From Candidatus Omnitrophota bacterium (GTDB taxonomy: Bacteria; Omnitrophota; Gorgyraeia; B26-G9; JBDRCZ01): a stretch of 36,614 nucleotides of DNA. The notes beneath the pieces are model-generated. The model did no database searches. It was not told where the DNA came from and worked only from the letters and a program-made list of their open reading frames with translations. A program made the translations under genes and the position numbers. Where the stretch lies: the NCBI GenBank assembly GCA_043821285.1, contig JBDRCZ010000053.1, positions 1-36,614 of the forward strand, read 5' to 3'. Positions within the stretch are counted from its first letter, which is position 1; every line of letters begins with the position of its first letter. Below are positions 6,546 to 15,688 of the stretch, piece by piece.

Positions 6546-9247
6546 ATTTCTTTCGGTATTGGCAAACGGATTCTAAAAGTCGTTCCCCGTCCCACCTCAC
6601 TCTCAAAACTGATATCTCCCCGATGCGCTTTTATCACATTATAAACCAGCGGTAAACCTAATCCCGTGCCTTCATTCTTAGTGGTAAAAAAATGCTCAAA
6701 CACCTTTGCCTTATCCTCATCACCTATGCCCAAACCGGTATCCGCGATGTTTATATATACACTTTCGCCGTCATCTGCAGTGCTTACTTTAAGACAACCG
6801 CCACCAGGCATTGCCTCTTTGGCGTTATTAATTAGATTAATAATTGCATCATCTAACATCTGAAAATCTGCCAAAATATTCGGCAGGTCTTTTTTTAGAG
6901 CTATTTGAAAGTCTATGCCCGCGGCATGAAATTGCTCTTTATTAACGTTGAATATGGTATTAATTAAGCTGTTTAAATTTATACTTACAAACATTAATTC
7001 TTTCTTACGGGACAGGTTCAGTAATGCTGCGGTAACTTTAGATGCCCGCCGGCACTGCTCAAGTAATGTCTTGATTTTTGCCTTTTCTTCCTCATTTTTT
7101 ATGGACATCTCCAAAAGCTCTGCCCGTCCCTGAATAATCATCAGGGGATTATTAATCTGGTGAGCAAGTTCTGCGGCCATGCGTCCCAAGGTTGATAGTT
7201 TTTCCGCATGAAAAAGCGCCTTTTGTAACTCCTGCAGGCGTTCGGTTTCAAGTTTACGTGTGTTTATATCAACAACCATTGAACGCGACTCAACCACCCG
7301 GCCCAAAGCATCAAAAATCGGTCTGACACTTAAACTCACCCAGATAATTTTTCCATCTTTAGATTGCATCTGAAGTTCTTCATTATTTATACTTTCTCCA
7401 GATAAAAATCTATCAAATACCTCCTTTGCCTTCTTTTGGCCGGATACGCTATCGGCATAAAGTTCAACTATTGGCTTGGTCATCAGTTCCGATAGTGAGT
7501 AACCGGTTAATTCTACCGCCCGCCGGTTACATTGTCTAATCAATCCATTCCGGCCAATGCTAAAATATGCGCAAGGCGCAAAATCATAAAGATGGCGATA
7601 ACGCTCTTCACTTTCCGACAATGCCCGGCGCACCTCTACTATTTTTGTCACATTACGCATTGCCAAAATTACTCCGGTAAGCTGCCGCTTAATATCAAAA
7701 ACTGGGGAACCAATAATATCTAAATAAATTTCTTTTCCGCCAAATACATGTTTATGGGTAAGTTCACAAGTCTTACCGGTTTTAATAACATTAGATAAAA
7801 CACATCCCGCTCCTGTTTGATGACAGGGACGAGCAGCTCCATGCTGAATAAAATAGCATTTTTCCCCAAGCACCTGTTTACGGCGCATGCCTCTTTTTTT
7901 TAAAAAACATTCATTTACATCGACAATCTGATAATCCATGTCAACAACTAAAATATATTCATCAATCTGGTCAACCAAAGAGCGGTAATAACGCGTCAAC
8001 TCCCGCTGTTTATATTCTGCCTCTTCGAGGGCATGCTCTGCCTGCTTACGCTCAGTGATATCCATAGACATCCCGATTAACTCATCCCCATCAAGCACCG
8101 CACTCAAGAGCATGTTTTTCGTTCGGCCTTTTCCGGTGACAACCTCTACCTCAAAATTAGTTACTCTACCTTTTTTCTTAAGGATATTAAGAAAAACGTT
8201 CCGCCGGTTTAGGTCTTTATATATTGACCGCACATTAAACTGTAGCATTTCCTTAACCGAATTAAATTCCAGCAGGTTGCATAAGGCCTTATTTGCGTAA
8301 AGAACATTGCCCGCAATATCAGTAACATATATTCCCACCAGACTGTTATCTACCAGGTTCCGGTATTTTCGCTCCGAAGCTGCCAATCTTTTCTCTACCT
8401 GTTTACGCGCGGTAATGTCCAAACTCATTCCGGAAATGATATCTCCCTTAAGCGTCATATTCAAAAGCGCATTTTTGACCTCACCGGTCTTGGTAATAAT
8501 TTCAACTTCAAAATTAGCAACTTTGCCTTTTTTCTTAAGGATATCAATTATGGCCTTCCTTTGCATCTTATCTTTATATACGGACAGAGCACCTTGTTCG
8601 ATCATTTCCTTAGCTGATTTATAACCCATTAATGATACCGCGGCCTTATTTACATAAAAAATCTTACCAGTCAGGTCTGATTTAAATATCCCGACCAGGC
8701 TGTTATCAATTAAATCACGATATTGTTTCTCCGAATCTTTCAAAGCGGCTTCGGCCAGTTTACGTTCGGTAATATCGCGAAATATCCCCTGCAAAACCAC
8801 TCTCCCTCCAAGCTCATATAAATTGGCCATTATCGCAACATCCTTTATTTCCCGATCACTGGTCATCACCTGCGCCTCGAGCATCTGTCCTTCTTTTTCC
8901 TTAAGGTGTCTCTTGAAAGTTTGGCTGAATTTCTCTTTAATCTTCTCCGGAGGATGAAGAATCCGTTGATGTTGACCAATCATTTCTGCTTTCTTTCTTT
9001 TTAATAATCGTTCCGCAGCCCGGTTACAATCAAGCACGATCCCGGTGTTGGCATCGGCAATAAAAATCGCATCCAAGGCCTTTTCAAACTGAACGCGGTA
9101 TTTTTGTTCAGAATCTTCCAGTTTTTTTTCAACCTGCCTGCGCTGAGTAACATCCCGGACAATCCCTAAAATTGCCGGTTGCTGATTATAACTTATGGGG
9201 GTAGAATGCACCTCGATAAATTTCAATTTACCATCAACTGTCCGCAC
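6542..9247 (-). CDS. Multi-PAS sensor histidine kinase, main reading frame. It probably continues 5' into 9223..9531 across a frameshift.
   Basis: Several PAS-like repeats are present (…GIFRDITERK…, …DITARKQ…, …DITERKQ…). The H-box is ELAHQINNPLMII. HATPase motifs are present (DTGLGIGDED…GTGLGLPLVYNVIKAHRGDI). The product opens with the C-terminal half of a PAS domain. The ATGA overlaps the start of the downstream kinase at 6542-6545. Confidence 0.85.
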   Translation of the reverse strand: MRTVDGKLKFIEVHSTPISYNQQPAILGIVRDVTQRRQVEKKLEDSEQKYRVQFEKALDAIFIADANTGIVLDCNRAAERLLKRKKAEMIGQHQRILHPPEKIKEKFSQTFKRHLKEKEGQMLEAQVMTSDREIKDVAIMANLYELGGRVVLQGIFRDITERKLAEAALKDSEKQYRDLIDNSLVGIFKSDLTGKIFYVNKAAVSLMGYKSAKEMIEQGALSVYKDKMQRKAIIDILKKKGKVANFEVEIITKTGEVKNALLNMTLKGDIISGMSLDITARKQVEKRLAASERKYRNLVDNSLVGIYVTDIAGNVLYANKALCNLLEFNSVKEMLQFNVRSIYKDLNRRNVFLNILKKKGRVTNFEVEVVTGKGRTKNMLLSAVLDGDELIGMSMDITERKQAEHALEEAEYKQRELTRYYRSLVDQIDEYILVVDMDYQIVDVNECFLKKRGMRRKQVLGEKCYFIQHGAARPCHQTGAGCVLSNVIKTGKTCELTHKHVFGGKEIYLDIIGSPVFDIKRQLTGVILAMRNVTKIVEVRRALSESEERYRHLYDFAPCAYFSIGRNGLIRQCNRRAVELTGYSLSELMTKPIVELYADSVSGQKKAKEVFDRFLSGESINNEELQMQSKDGKIIWVSLSVRPIFDALGRVVESRSMVVDINTRKLETERLQELQKALFHAEKLSTLGRMAAELAHQINNPLMIIQGRAELLEMSIKNEEEKAKIKTLLEQCRRASKVTAALLNLSRKKELMFVSINLNSLINTIFNVNKEQFHAAGIDFQIALKKDLPNILADFQMLDDAIINLINNAKEAMPGGGCLKVSTADDGESVYINIADTGLGIGDEDKAKVFEHFFTTKNEGTGLGLPLVYNVIKAHRGDISFESEVGRGTTFRIRLPIPKEI

Positions 9248-9531
9248 CGGATATTCATTAACTGTTGTTTTTTTTCTAAAACCCTTTTCAGATTCTTACG
9301 AAAAATATTTTTATAATTAATTGACAGAATTTTCTCAACAGATTCATTTAAGAGTTGCTTCTCGCTGTACCCCAGCATATTAACTAATTTTTTATTACAA
9401 AAGGCAAAACATCCATCATCACGAATTATCGACACACCATCATTAAGATTATCCATAATTTTCAAGTACTCCGTGGTAATCTCTGGCAACGCCGGCCTTT
9501 GTCTTTTTATCCGCTTATTTTTTTTATTCAC
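9223..9531 (-). CDS. N-terminal PAS segment of the same sensor kinase, lying in a different frame (apparent frameshift)
   Basis: The 102-aa ORF encodes the first half of a PAS domain (…DGVSIIRDDGCFAFCNKKLVNMLGYSEKQLLNESVEKILSINYKN…). The downstream frame is open from 9295 and supplies the second half (…EYPVRTVDGKLKFIEVHSTPI…). The two frames can be joined within the A8 run (plus-strand T8, 9268-9275). Confidence 0.5.
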   Translation of the reverse strand: MNKKNKRIKRQRPALPEITTEYLKIMDNLNDGVSIIRDDGCFAFCNKKLVNMLGYSEKQLLNESVEKILSINYKNIFRKNLKRVLEKKQQLMNIRCGQLMVN

Positions 9532-9617
9532 ACCTATCCGCCTCCTAAGAAAATCGCCTTCTGCATCGTTTTTTCCATTTCGTGAGTTTCGTGGTTACAG
9601 TTTTTTCGTGCAACATT

Positions 9618-10265
9618 TCACAACCCCTGCCCCTTTAAAACAACTCTTATGCTTTTCAACATAATCTTACCATCATATACCAACAGTCTAATCGGTAATA
9701 ACGTACGTACTTTTTGAATGTACTCCATATCCAAGGCAATCTCTTCTTCTTTGCTTTTAATATTTGCCTTATTAATCTGCACAAGTCCGGTCAGCCCGCA
9801 GCGAATAACCTTTTTTCTAACTATTCTTTTTTTTAAATCCTGCTCATACATGCTCAAGGGATACGGTCTCGGGCCGACAAAACTTATATCGCCGATTAAA
9901 ATATTAAAAAGCTGCGGGAGTTCATCAACATAAAAATCGCGCAGATATTTTCCCAGCCAGGTAAGATTAGCAATATCTTTTTCTAACGGTTTGATATCAT
10001 CTATCCGCCCATCTTCGTCCTGACTCTGAAGTTGGTTTAGTTTTTCTATCTTTACCGTACGAAATTTTAACAAATGGATAATCTTACCTTTAGAAATTCG
10101 TTCAATCTTAAAAAACACCGACCCCACGTCAACAGGAACAAAAATACCGTTTAATTTATTCAACACAAAAACTAATAAGAAAAATGGCATAAAAATAACA
10201 ATCAAAACCGCCGCAAAAACCCGGTCAAAAACTATTTTCACCCAACGATCCTTCATTTCTTCCAT
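9618..10265 (-). CDS. Polyprenyl-phosphate sugar transferase (Bac_transf family, WbaP/PssY-like C-terminal domain)
   Basis: There is an N-terminal TM segment. The conserved block is …DELPQLFNILIGDISFVGPRPYP…. Confidence 0.85.
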   Translation of the reverse strand: MEEMKDRWVKIVFDRVFAAVLIVIFMPFFLLVFVLNKLNGIFVPVDVGSVFFKIERISKGKIIHLLKFRTVKIEKLNQLQSQDEDGRIDDIKPLEKDIANLTWLGKYLRDFYVDELPQLFNILIGDISFVGPRPYPLSMYEQDLKKRIVRKKVIRCGLTGLVQINKANIKSKEEEIALDMEYIQKVRTLLPIRLLVYDGKIMLKSIRVVLKGQGL

Positions 10266-10434
10266 AAAAGGGGACAGCTACCTTTTTAATTATTTCTTCG
10301 CCACGGACTTATACGGATGAAAAACACAGATTTTTTACAATCAAATCTTTTAACCTATTTTGACAGGATGAACAGGATTTATAAGATTTTAAATAATATG
10401 TGTTGATATCGTGTCAATCCTGTCTATATTCTTT

Positions 10435-10505
10435 TTTTAACCACCAATCGCGTAAACTGTCACAAATAAATATGCTCCATTCGTGTTATTCTGTGTTAGT
10501 TATGG
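10435..10505. repeat. Palindromic CACGAAT element copy, degenerate
   Basis: The left part is ttttaaccaccaatcgcgtaaactgtcacaaataaa. The right part is ccattcgtgttattctgtgttagttatgg. Confidence 0.6.
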
Positions 10506-10578
10506 CTTAAATATCTTTATCCGTGTTCAATCCGTGGCTGTATTTTTTTCTTTTTTTATCCGCAAAGCGTATAAATGC

Positions 10579-11382
10579 TTATTTTTGCGCAGTAAAAATA
10601 ACCTCAAAAACTATATTCTTAACCCAGCCCACCTTTTTATCTAAGCGTTCAACTTTGCTCCAGTCGTTATTACGTACCAATACCCGCACTTTCATTCCCT
10701 CCTCAAGAGTAAAATGCGTAGTTGCCCGGTCAAACGGCTCAAATTTCGCATCTGCCTTTTTGGAAATAATGATTGCTTCTTTCCCTAAGACAGAAATCCT
10801 CCTCTCTAGGAAAACCGCACTCAAGACAGAAAAAACGATTAAGATACTCAATAAAATTCTCGTATAGAGCCTGTGGGTTTTAAATACTATCCCCAAAATT
10901 ATAACCAGCACAAAAGCGACATAAATTAAGCATAAAAGAACCGTAATACCGTCAATTGTAAGCTGCGCATACAAATTATCCATAAACTGCAAAAGCCATG
11001 TTTTTTTCTCCTCTAAAGGGGGCACTTTAAGCAATGACCTTGCGTATTCATAATTTGACTGCAAATCCCGGTCCCTGGGGATTAACTGCTTTGCCCGTTC
11101 ATAATTTAAAATTGCCTGCCCCAGCACACCCTGTTTAAAATAACAATTACCCAAATTATAATACAGGCTGCCGCTTTCAAACCCCTTATCAAGTAAATTA
11201 CGATATGCGCTGGTTGCCTCAGCATATTTACCCTCTTCATAAAGTATATTTGCTTTATAAAACATGTATTCCGGGGTAAAAGCAGTATCTTCGGCAAACA
11301 AAACACCGGTATTTAGCAATAAGATACAAAACGCAAATATCAAAATTATCTTATGCATATTTTTGTCTTTCCAAGTAATCAA
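10579..11382 (-). CDS. BatE-like membrane protein (signal peptide, TPR, TM segments, C-terminal SH3-like region)
   Basis: It has a signal or anchor sequence. A TPR-like segment is present (YKANILYEEGKYAEATSAYRNLLDK…YYNLGNCYFKQG…). Central hydrophobic helices follow. Its position is last in the Bat-type gene order. Confidence 0.65.
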   Translation of the reverse strand: MITWKDKNMHKIILIFAFCILLLNTGVLFAEDTAFTPEYMFYKANILYEEGKYAEATSAYRNLLDKGFESGSLYYNLGNCYFKQGVLGQAILNYERAKQLIPRDRDLQSNYEYARSLLKVPPLEEKKTWLLQFMDNLYAQLTIDGITVLLCLIYVAFVLVIILGIVFKTHRLYTRILLSILIVFSVLSAVFLERRISVLGKEAIIISKKADAKFEPFDRATTHFTLEEGMKVRVLVRNNDWSKVERLDKKVGWVKNIVFEVIFTAQK

Positions 11383-13249
11383 TAACCATCTTTATTCTTT
11401 TTAGCGTTTCCGACATATTATCTTTGTTCAGTTCAGAAGAAGAGTATCTTAATATATCACAATCCTGGAAAATTTCTTTTAATGCCTTAAGGATTTCCTC
11501 ATCTACGTTTTTTGGCCGGAGAACTTCGTCAACAATATCTATAGTTATCCCACCGGTTGAAATATGCAGTTTATTTCCTAAATATATTTGCAGGGTCTTA
11601 AATATCGTATGATAAAACTCTTCGGTTTTTCCTTCTTTTAGCAGCCGTTCTGCTTCTTTAATCCCTTGTCTTGCCTGTTTTGGTGCGCGCAGGCTGCGGG
11701 CATACCTTACATCCGTTCTTAATCGCTCACTTCGCCGATAAACGGTTAACACAGAAATCAGCAAAATTATCGGGATAAACTGCAGCATAAGAAATTTTTT
11801 ATTTTTATACAAATATGCTGCCTTCTTTCTCAGTCTCCGTGGGGCGGTTTTAATATAAATAATATCCCGGCCTAATGTTTCCGTTTTAAGTGGCGAAGAA
11901 ACCACATCTGGCGCCCCGATAATTTTCAGCTCTTCTTCTTTTTCCTGCGGTTTCACGGAGATTGCAAACGGGCCTTTTGTTATACTCTGATACTTTTCAC
12001 GATCCGGGTCAAAAAAACTAAAGGTAATTGCCGGTACCTCACAAACTTCCTCAGTCCGGGGCATAAGCACCTGCTCAAATATCTTTTTATTATCCTCTAC
12101 TTTTACCTGCGGTTCATACGTCTTAAATATATCTCCCAATTCAAGTTTGGGTAAATTTACTGTATTAAAATTACCTTTTCCGGAAACCGTCATCTTAAGC
12201 GTAATCGGGTCACCAACTTTTAGTTCACGTGGTCCGACCTGAACATCAAAATTAAAATTTCCTATTGCCCCGCTAAACCCTTCAGGTTTCCCTTGCTCTG
12301 GTAACGAAGCTATTGTAACGGGTATTTCTACGGATTTTAAATCCATGGGATATGTTTCATACCGGCCGAAAAAATCCTCAAAAATATCACTATCAAAAAA
12401 AGAAGACGGCCTTCTTTGCCTTTGCTTTCTTATGACCAGGCTGCATTTGAAGTGTGCCGGGCCAAGAACAAAATCCCCTGTCCTTATTCCAAAAATATAC
12501 GTCTTAAATTCAAAAACATTATAGAGTATCCCTCCTAAAACCTCCTGGTATTGCTTATATTTCTCAAACTCCCCAACCGAAAAACCCTCATGTTCAAACG
12601 TAGGATACTGATCAGATTCTACCTTCAAGTTGTTTACATATAATTTAATCGTCAAGGGAATAATCTCATTTAAATAAACCGGTTTCTTCCCTACCTCCAT
12701 TACCAGAAAAATCTTATCTTCCAATTGCATTGCTGATTCATCGGGTGACTGGCCGGGTATAGCCTGCGCAGCCGGTTTATCTAAAACCTCAACATTTACG
12801 GTTCCTGATTTATATGTTTGCCCTTTATAAGTAACTGAAAACGGTCCAATCGTAAACATCCCTTTTTCTACTGCCAATAATCCATAACTATACGTTATCG
12901 AACTTGTCACCTCTCCATTGACAATAGACATCATTGTCGAAGGTCCAAGATAACGCGATTCAAATCCGTTTATTTTTGGCAGATCAGGAGAAGAAACGTC
13001 CTGTGTCCCGTGAAAAGTAAGAGAAAGCTGCAAAGTTTTACCTAAGGCAACCTTAGTCCTATCCACGGCAACTTCAAAAGTTATATTTTTAGCAAAACAC
13101 GGCAGTGTCAAAACATTAAAAATCAACAGAAAAATCAGTACATTTTTGCCATTTTTGATTTGACTATTATTTTTTATTATTTTATTTTTTGATTTGTTTA
13201 CCATTTGGAATTCGTCATTTGCCTGTCCGCTAATCTTTTTGCGGAACAT
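11351..13249 (-). CDS. BatD-family protein (aerotolerance-operon type; C-terminal TM plus cytoplasmic tail)
   Basis: The BatD-type signature …ITFEVAVDRTKVALGKTLQLSLTFHGTQ…LPKINGFE…YLGPS…SIVNG… is present. A TM lies near the C-terminus (FLMLQFIPIILLISVLTVY). The tail carries the motif …FQDCDILRYSS…. Confidence 0.8.
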   Translation of the reverse strand: MFRKKISGQANDEFQMVNKSKNKIIKNNSQIKNGKNVLIFLLIFNVLTLPCFAKNITFEVAVDRTKVALGKTLQLSLTFHGTQDVSSPDLPKINGFESRYLGPSTMMSIVNGEVTSSITYSYGLLAVEKGMFTIGPFSVTYKGQTYKSGTVNVEVLDKPAAQAIPGQSPDESAMQLEDKIFLVMEVGKKPVYLNEIIPLTIKLYVNNLKVESDQYPTFEHEGFSVGEFEKYKQYQEVLGGILYNVFEFKTYIFGIRTGDFVLGPAHFKCSLVIRKQRQRRPSSFFDSDIFEDFFGRYETYPMDLKSVEIPVTIASLPEQGKPEGFSGAIGNFNFDVQVGPRELKVGDPITLKMTVSGKGNFNTVNLPKLELGDIFKTYEPQVKVEDNKKIFEQVLMPRTEEVCEVPAITFSFFDPDREKYQSITKGPFAISVKPQEKEEELKIIGAPDVVSSPLKTETLGRDIIYIKTAPRRLRKKAAYLYKNKKFLMLQFIPIILLISVLTVYRRSERLRTDVRYARSLRAPKQARQGIKEAERLLKEGKTEEFYHTIFKTLQIYLGNKLHISTGGITIDIVDEVLRPKNVDEEILKALKEIFQDCDILRYSSSELNKDNMSETLKRIKMVIDYLERQKYA

Positions 13250-13286
13250 TTGTCATTAAAAATTTTTGCTAAAAGGCAGAAATTTT

Positions 13287-14174
13287 TCACCAGTTTTTCT
13301 CAACCTCCGGAAAATACCCGCGTCCTCTTTCCTGTTTAATATTTCCAGTTGGTTCCTCCTGGCGATAACCTTCCAACAGCATCTTTGCTTCCTGTTCAGA
13401 CATCTCCTTTGCTGCCTCCTGAGCGTCTTCTGCCGGCTTAACTACTTTTACCTCTTCTCCTGTTTGTCCTTCCTCATCTTTTTCCTCTGCTGCCCCTGGT
13501 TCTCCTACTTTCTCTTCCGCATCCTTTTTCTCCTGATAAACCGGCTCTGCTTTCTTCTCCTCTCCTTGTTTTTCTTCATCACCAACCGTTTGTGTCTTTT
13601 CCTGTTCTGGAGCCAATTGTTCTCCCTGTTCTTGTTTTTCTTGTTCTTGCTGTCCTTTCCCCTTTCCCTTTCCTTGCTGTTGTTTTAATTTATCCAGTAA
13701 AACCTTCAACTTTTTCTCAACAAACTCGTGATTATATTTTGCATCTTCATCCTGCGGATCAAGCTCAATTGCCCGTTTATAATAATCGAGCGCTTCCCGG
13801 TAAAGATTAACTGCTCCGCTCAAATCCGTATTTTCCTTAAGTCTCGCCTGCTCGTACTTACAATTACCAATATTATAATTTGCCCGAGCCTCTAAATCTC
13901 TGTTTTCGGTTTTCAGGGCATCAGTAAACGCCTCAATCGTCTTATCATAATCACCCTTTTTATACCATGACGCCCCTTTATTAAAACTTATTATATCAGA
14001 ATCCGGCATTGCTATGCCAGCTTCATTATATTTCTTAAGCGCCTCGTCAAATTTTCCTGCATTATAAAGCCGATTCCCCGCATCTACCGCACCCTTACCA
14101 GAAGCAGCAGCACATATTGCGGCAGCAAAAAATAAAATTATACTATTTAAAAATAATACATTCCACACTTTCAT
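13287..14174 (-). CDS. BatC-like TPR protein with an E/K/Q-rich low-complexity tail
   Basis: A signal sequence is followed by TPR-like repeats (…YNAGKFDEALKKYNEA…YKKGDYDKTIEAF…NIGNCKYEQARL…YYKRAIELDP…). The acidic tail is low-complexity (…QQQGKGKGKGQQEQEKQEQGEQ…). Confidence 0.75.
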   Translation of the reverse strand: MKVWNVLFLNSIILFFAAAICAAASGKGAVDAGNRLYNAGKFDEALKKYNEAGIAMPDSDIISFNKGASWYKKGDYDKTIEAFTDALKTENRDLEARANYNIGNCKYEQARLKENTDLSGAVNLYREALDYYKRAIELDPQDEDAKYNHEFVEKKLKVLLDKLKQQQGKGKGKGQQEQEKQEQGEQLAPEQEKTQTVGDEEKQGEEKKAEPVYQEKKDAEEKVGEPGAAEEKDEEGQTGEEVKVVKPAEDAQEAAKEMSEQEAKMLLEGYRQEEPTGNIKQERGRGYFPEVEKNW

Positions 14175-14206
14175 TTCATGACCTATCTTTTATTGTTTAA
14201 CCTCTC

Positions 14207-14288
14207 TTTTAACCACTAATTACACTAATTGTCACGAATCGTTAATTCTTTTTTCATTCGTGTAAATCTGTGTTATTCGTGGTTAAAA
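14207..14288. repeat. Imperfect palindromic intergenic element (about 82 bp), the clearest copy of the CACGAAT-heptamer family
   Basis: The left arm is ttttaaccactaattacactaattgtcacgaatcg. The loop is ttaattcttttt. The right arm is tcattcgtgtaaatctgtgttattcgtggttaaaa. The arms are reverse complements apart from a few mismatches. Confidence 0.8.
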
Positions 14289-14397
14289 TATTATATTAAT
14301 CTTTTGAATATAACACCTGAACTTATCAACCCGAACCGACACCGTTATATGACGGATTGGGGCTGGTGAAATAATTTGTTAGGCATTTATTATTTCT

Positions 14398-15336
14398 TTA
14401 TTTCCATAAAGATTCTTGTGTCCAATCATTTATACTTTTACTATGTTGATCCCAATATTTATATACAACATTTATATTTTTCGAATCCACCCATTGTTTG
14501 TTGAGGTTTTCTAAGTGATCAAATTGTGGGGTTGGAAGAGGAAAATAAGAGCCTTCAAATAGTAATGATCCATATATAAAAGAAGCAGTTTGGTAAATTG
14601 CTTTCCAACAATTTTCTAAGCGGTCAATAGAAATACCTTTTTGAGTTTTAGTTAAGCTTTTTCGAGTAGATGGAGCTGCTCCGTGGGCTATAAATTTATC
14701 TACATATTTTTTTGTATCTTTGCAAATATTTAATTTCTTTTCGAGATATCGAAACCAGGTTTTATTAATTAAATCGGTACGTTTTCTTCTGGTAGATTTA
14801 ACGTTAGATAATTTGTCAAAATTTTCATGTGCTAGTTCTGATGTTGGCCATGCTTTAGGTCCCTTTGAGGCTATCCAACCAGTTCTTAATGATTTAGATT
14901 TAGGAGTTGAGTCATAGGGTAAGCCATCATATGCAACATAGTTTTCTCTTGTTAAAAGATGCCTGTGTTTTTCTATATCAGAAGTTATGCTTTGCAAAGA
15001 AATTACGGCACGCTTAGGGTTAGGGTTCGAGGGGGGTTTTTCAATTAATCTTCGAATTGCAGTTGATTGAGTTGTTGCAAAGCCAATGTAAAATAAACGA
15101 AGTACAGAAGAGTTAAAAGCAACGTTGACTATGGGCTGTTCCATGGCCAATTTCCTTAAGTCATCAATAGTACGAAATAATACAAAATACCAAACATTCC
15201 AACTAATTTGATTCCAAATAGAGTTGGCGTCTTTTCCAATAAACCATTTAATCCATTGGCGCCTTTTTTTTCTAAATTCTTTCGTACTTCCCTTATCGGC
15301 AATATCACATTTTTTTAGTCTATATTTGTAACCCAT
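14398..15336 (-). CDS. Hypothetical protein of unrecognised family, encoded by an AT-rich gene inserted between BatC and BatB
   Basis: A clean 312-aa ORF is present. It has no TM segment or signal peptide and no motif I could assign. It is flanked on both sides by copies of the CACGAAT palindromic elements. Confidence 0.55.
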   Translation of the reverse strand: MGYKYRLKKCDIADKGSTKEFRKKRRQWIKWFIGKDANSIWNQISWNVWYFVLFRTIDDLRKLAMEQPIVNVAFNSSVLRLFYIGFATTQSTAIRRLIEKPPSNPNPKRAVISLQSITSDIEKHRHLLTRENYVAYDGLPYDSTPKSKSLRTGWIASKGPKAWPTSELAHENFDKLSNVKSTRRKRTDLINKTWFRYLEKKLNICKDTKKYVDKFIAHGAAPSTRKSLTKTQKGISIDRLENCWKAIYQTASFIYGSLLFEGSYFPLPTPQFDHLENLNKQWVDSKNINVVYKYWDQHSKSINDWTQESLWK

Positions 15337-15433
15337 TTATTTTCCTTATCCTTTGTGTCTAACATAAAACACAGTTGCCCGGCACGCTTTCATAGCGGGT
15401 AACGGTTAATTGTAGTAGCTGGTTATATTCCTT

Positions 15434-15620
15434 TTTTAACCACCAATTGCACGAATTATCACGAATAATTTTTATTCTCACACGGAGTCGCAGAGTTCAC
15501 AGAGTTTTTTATCTTTTAACCACGAAAGTTACGAAATACACAAAAAAAATGCTTTTATTAAATGATTTTCTCATCCTCAACGTATTTTTAACTATTTCGT
15601 GCCTTTCGTGGTGAATAAAA
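15434..15620. repeat. Cluster of CACGAAT-family arms (two left arms and one right-arm-like segment)
   Basis: The segments are ttttaaccaccaattgcacgaattatcacgaataat (15434-15470), ttttaaccacgaaagttacgaaatacac (15515-15545) and ctatttcgtgcctttcgtggtgaat (about 15595-15620). Confidence 0.6.
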
Positions 15621-15688
15621 ATTTTTCATTTTTTTCTCAGTGCCTCTGTGTCTCCGTGTGATTATCTGTTTTTTTTATTTATAAACAA

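Noticed and set aside
13266-13688. ORF 13266-13688 (+), Leu/Phe-rich 140 aa
   Set aside because: It is a reverse-strand shadow of the low-complexity E/K/Q-rich tail of the BatC-like gene.
14207-14288. Palindromic elements as integron attC sites
   Set aside because: The AAC…GTT-ended imperfect palindromes are superficially attC-like. The flanking genes are a canonical operon rather than promoterless cassettes. No intI or attI is present in the window. The internal heptamer-array structure is unlike the R''/L''/L'/R' box layout of attC sites.
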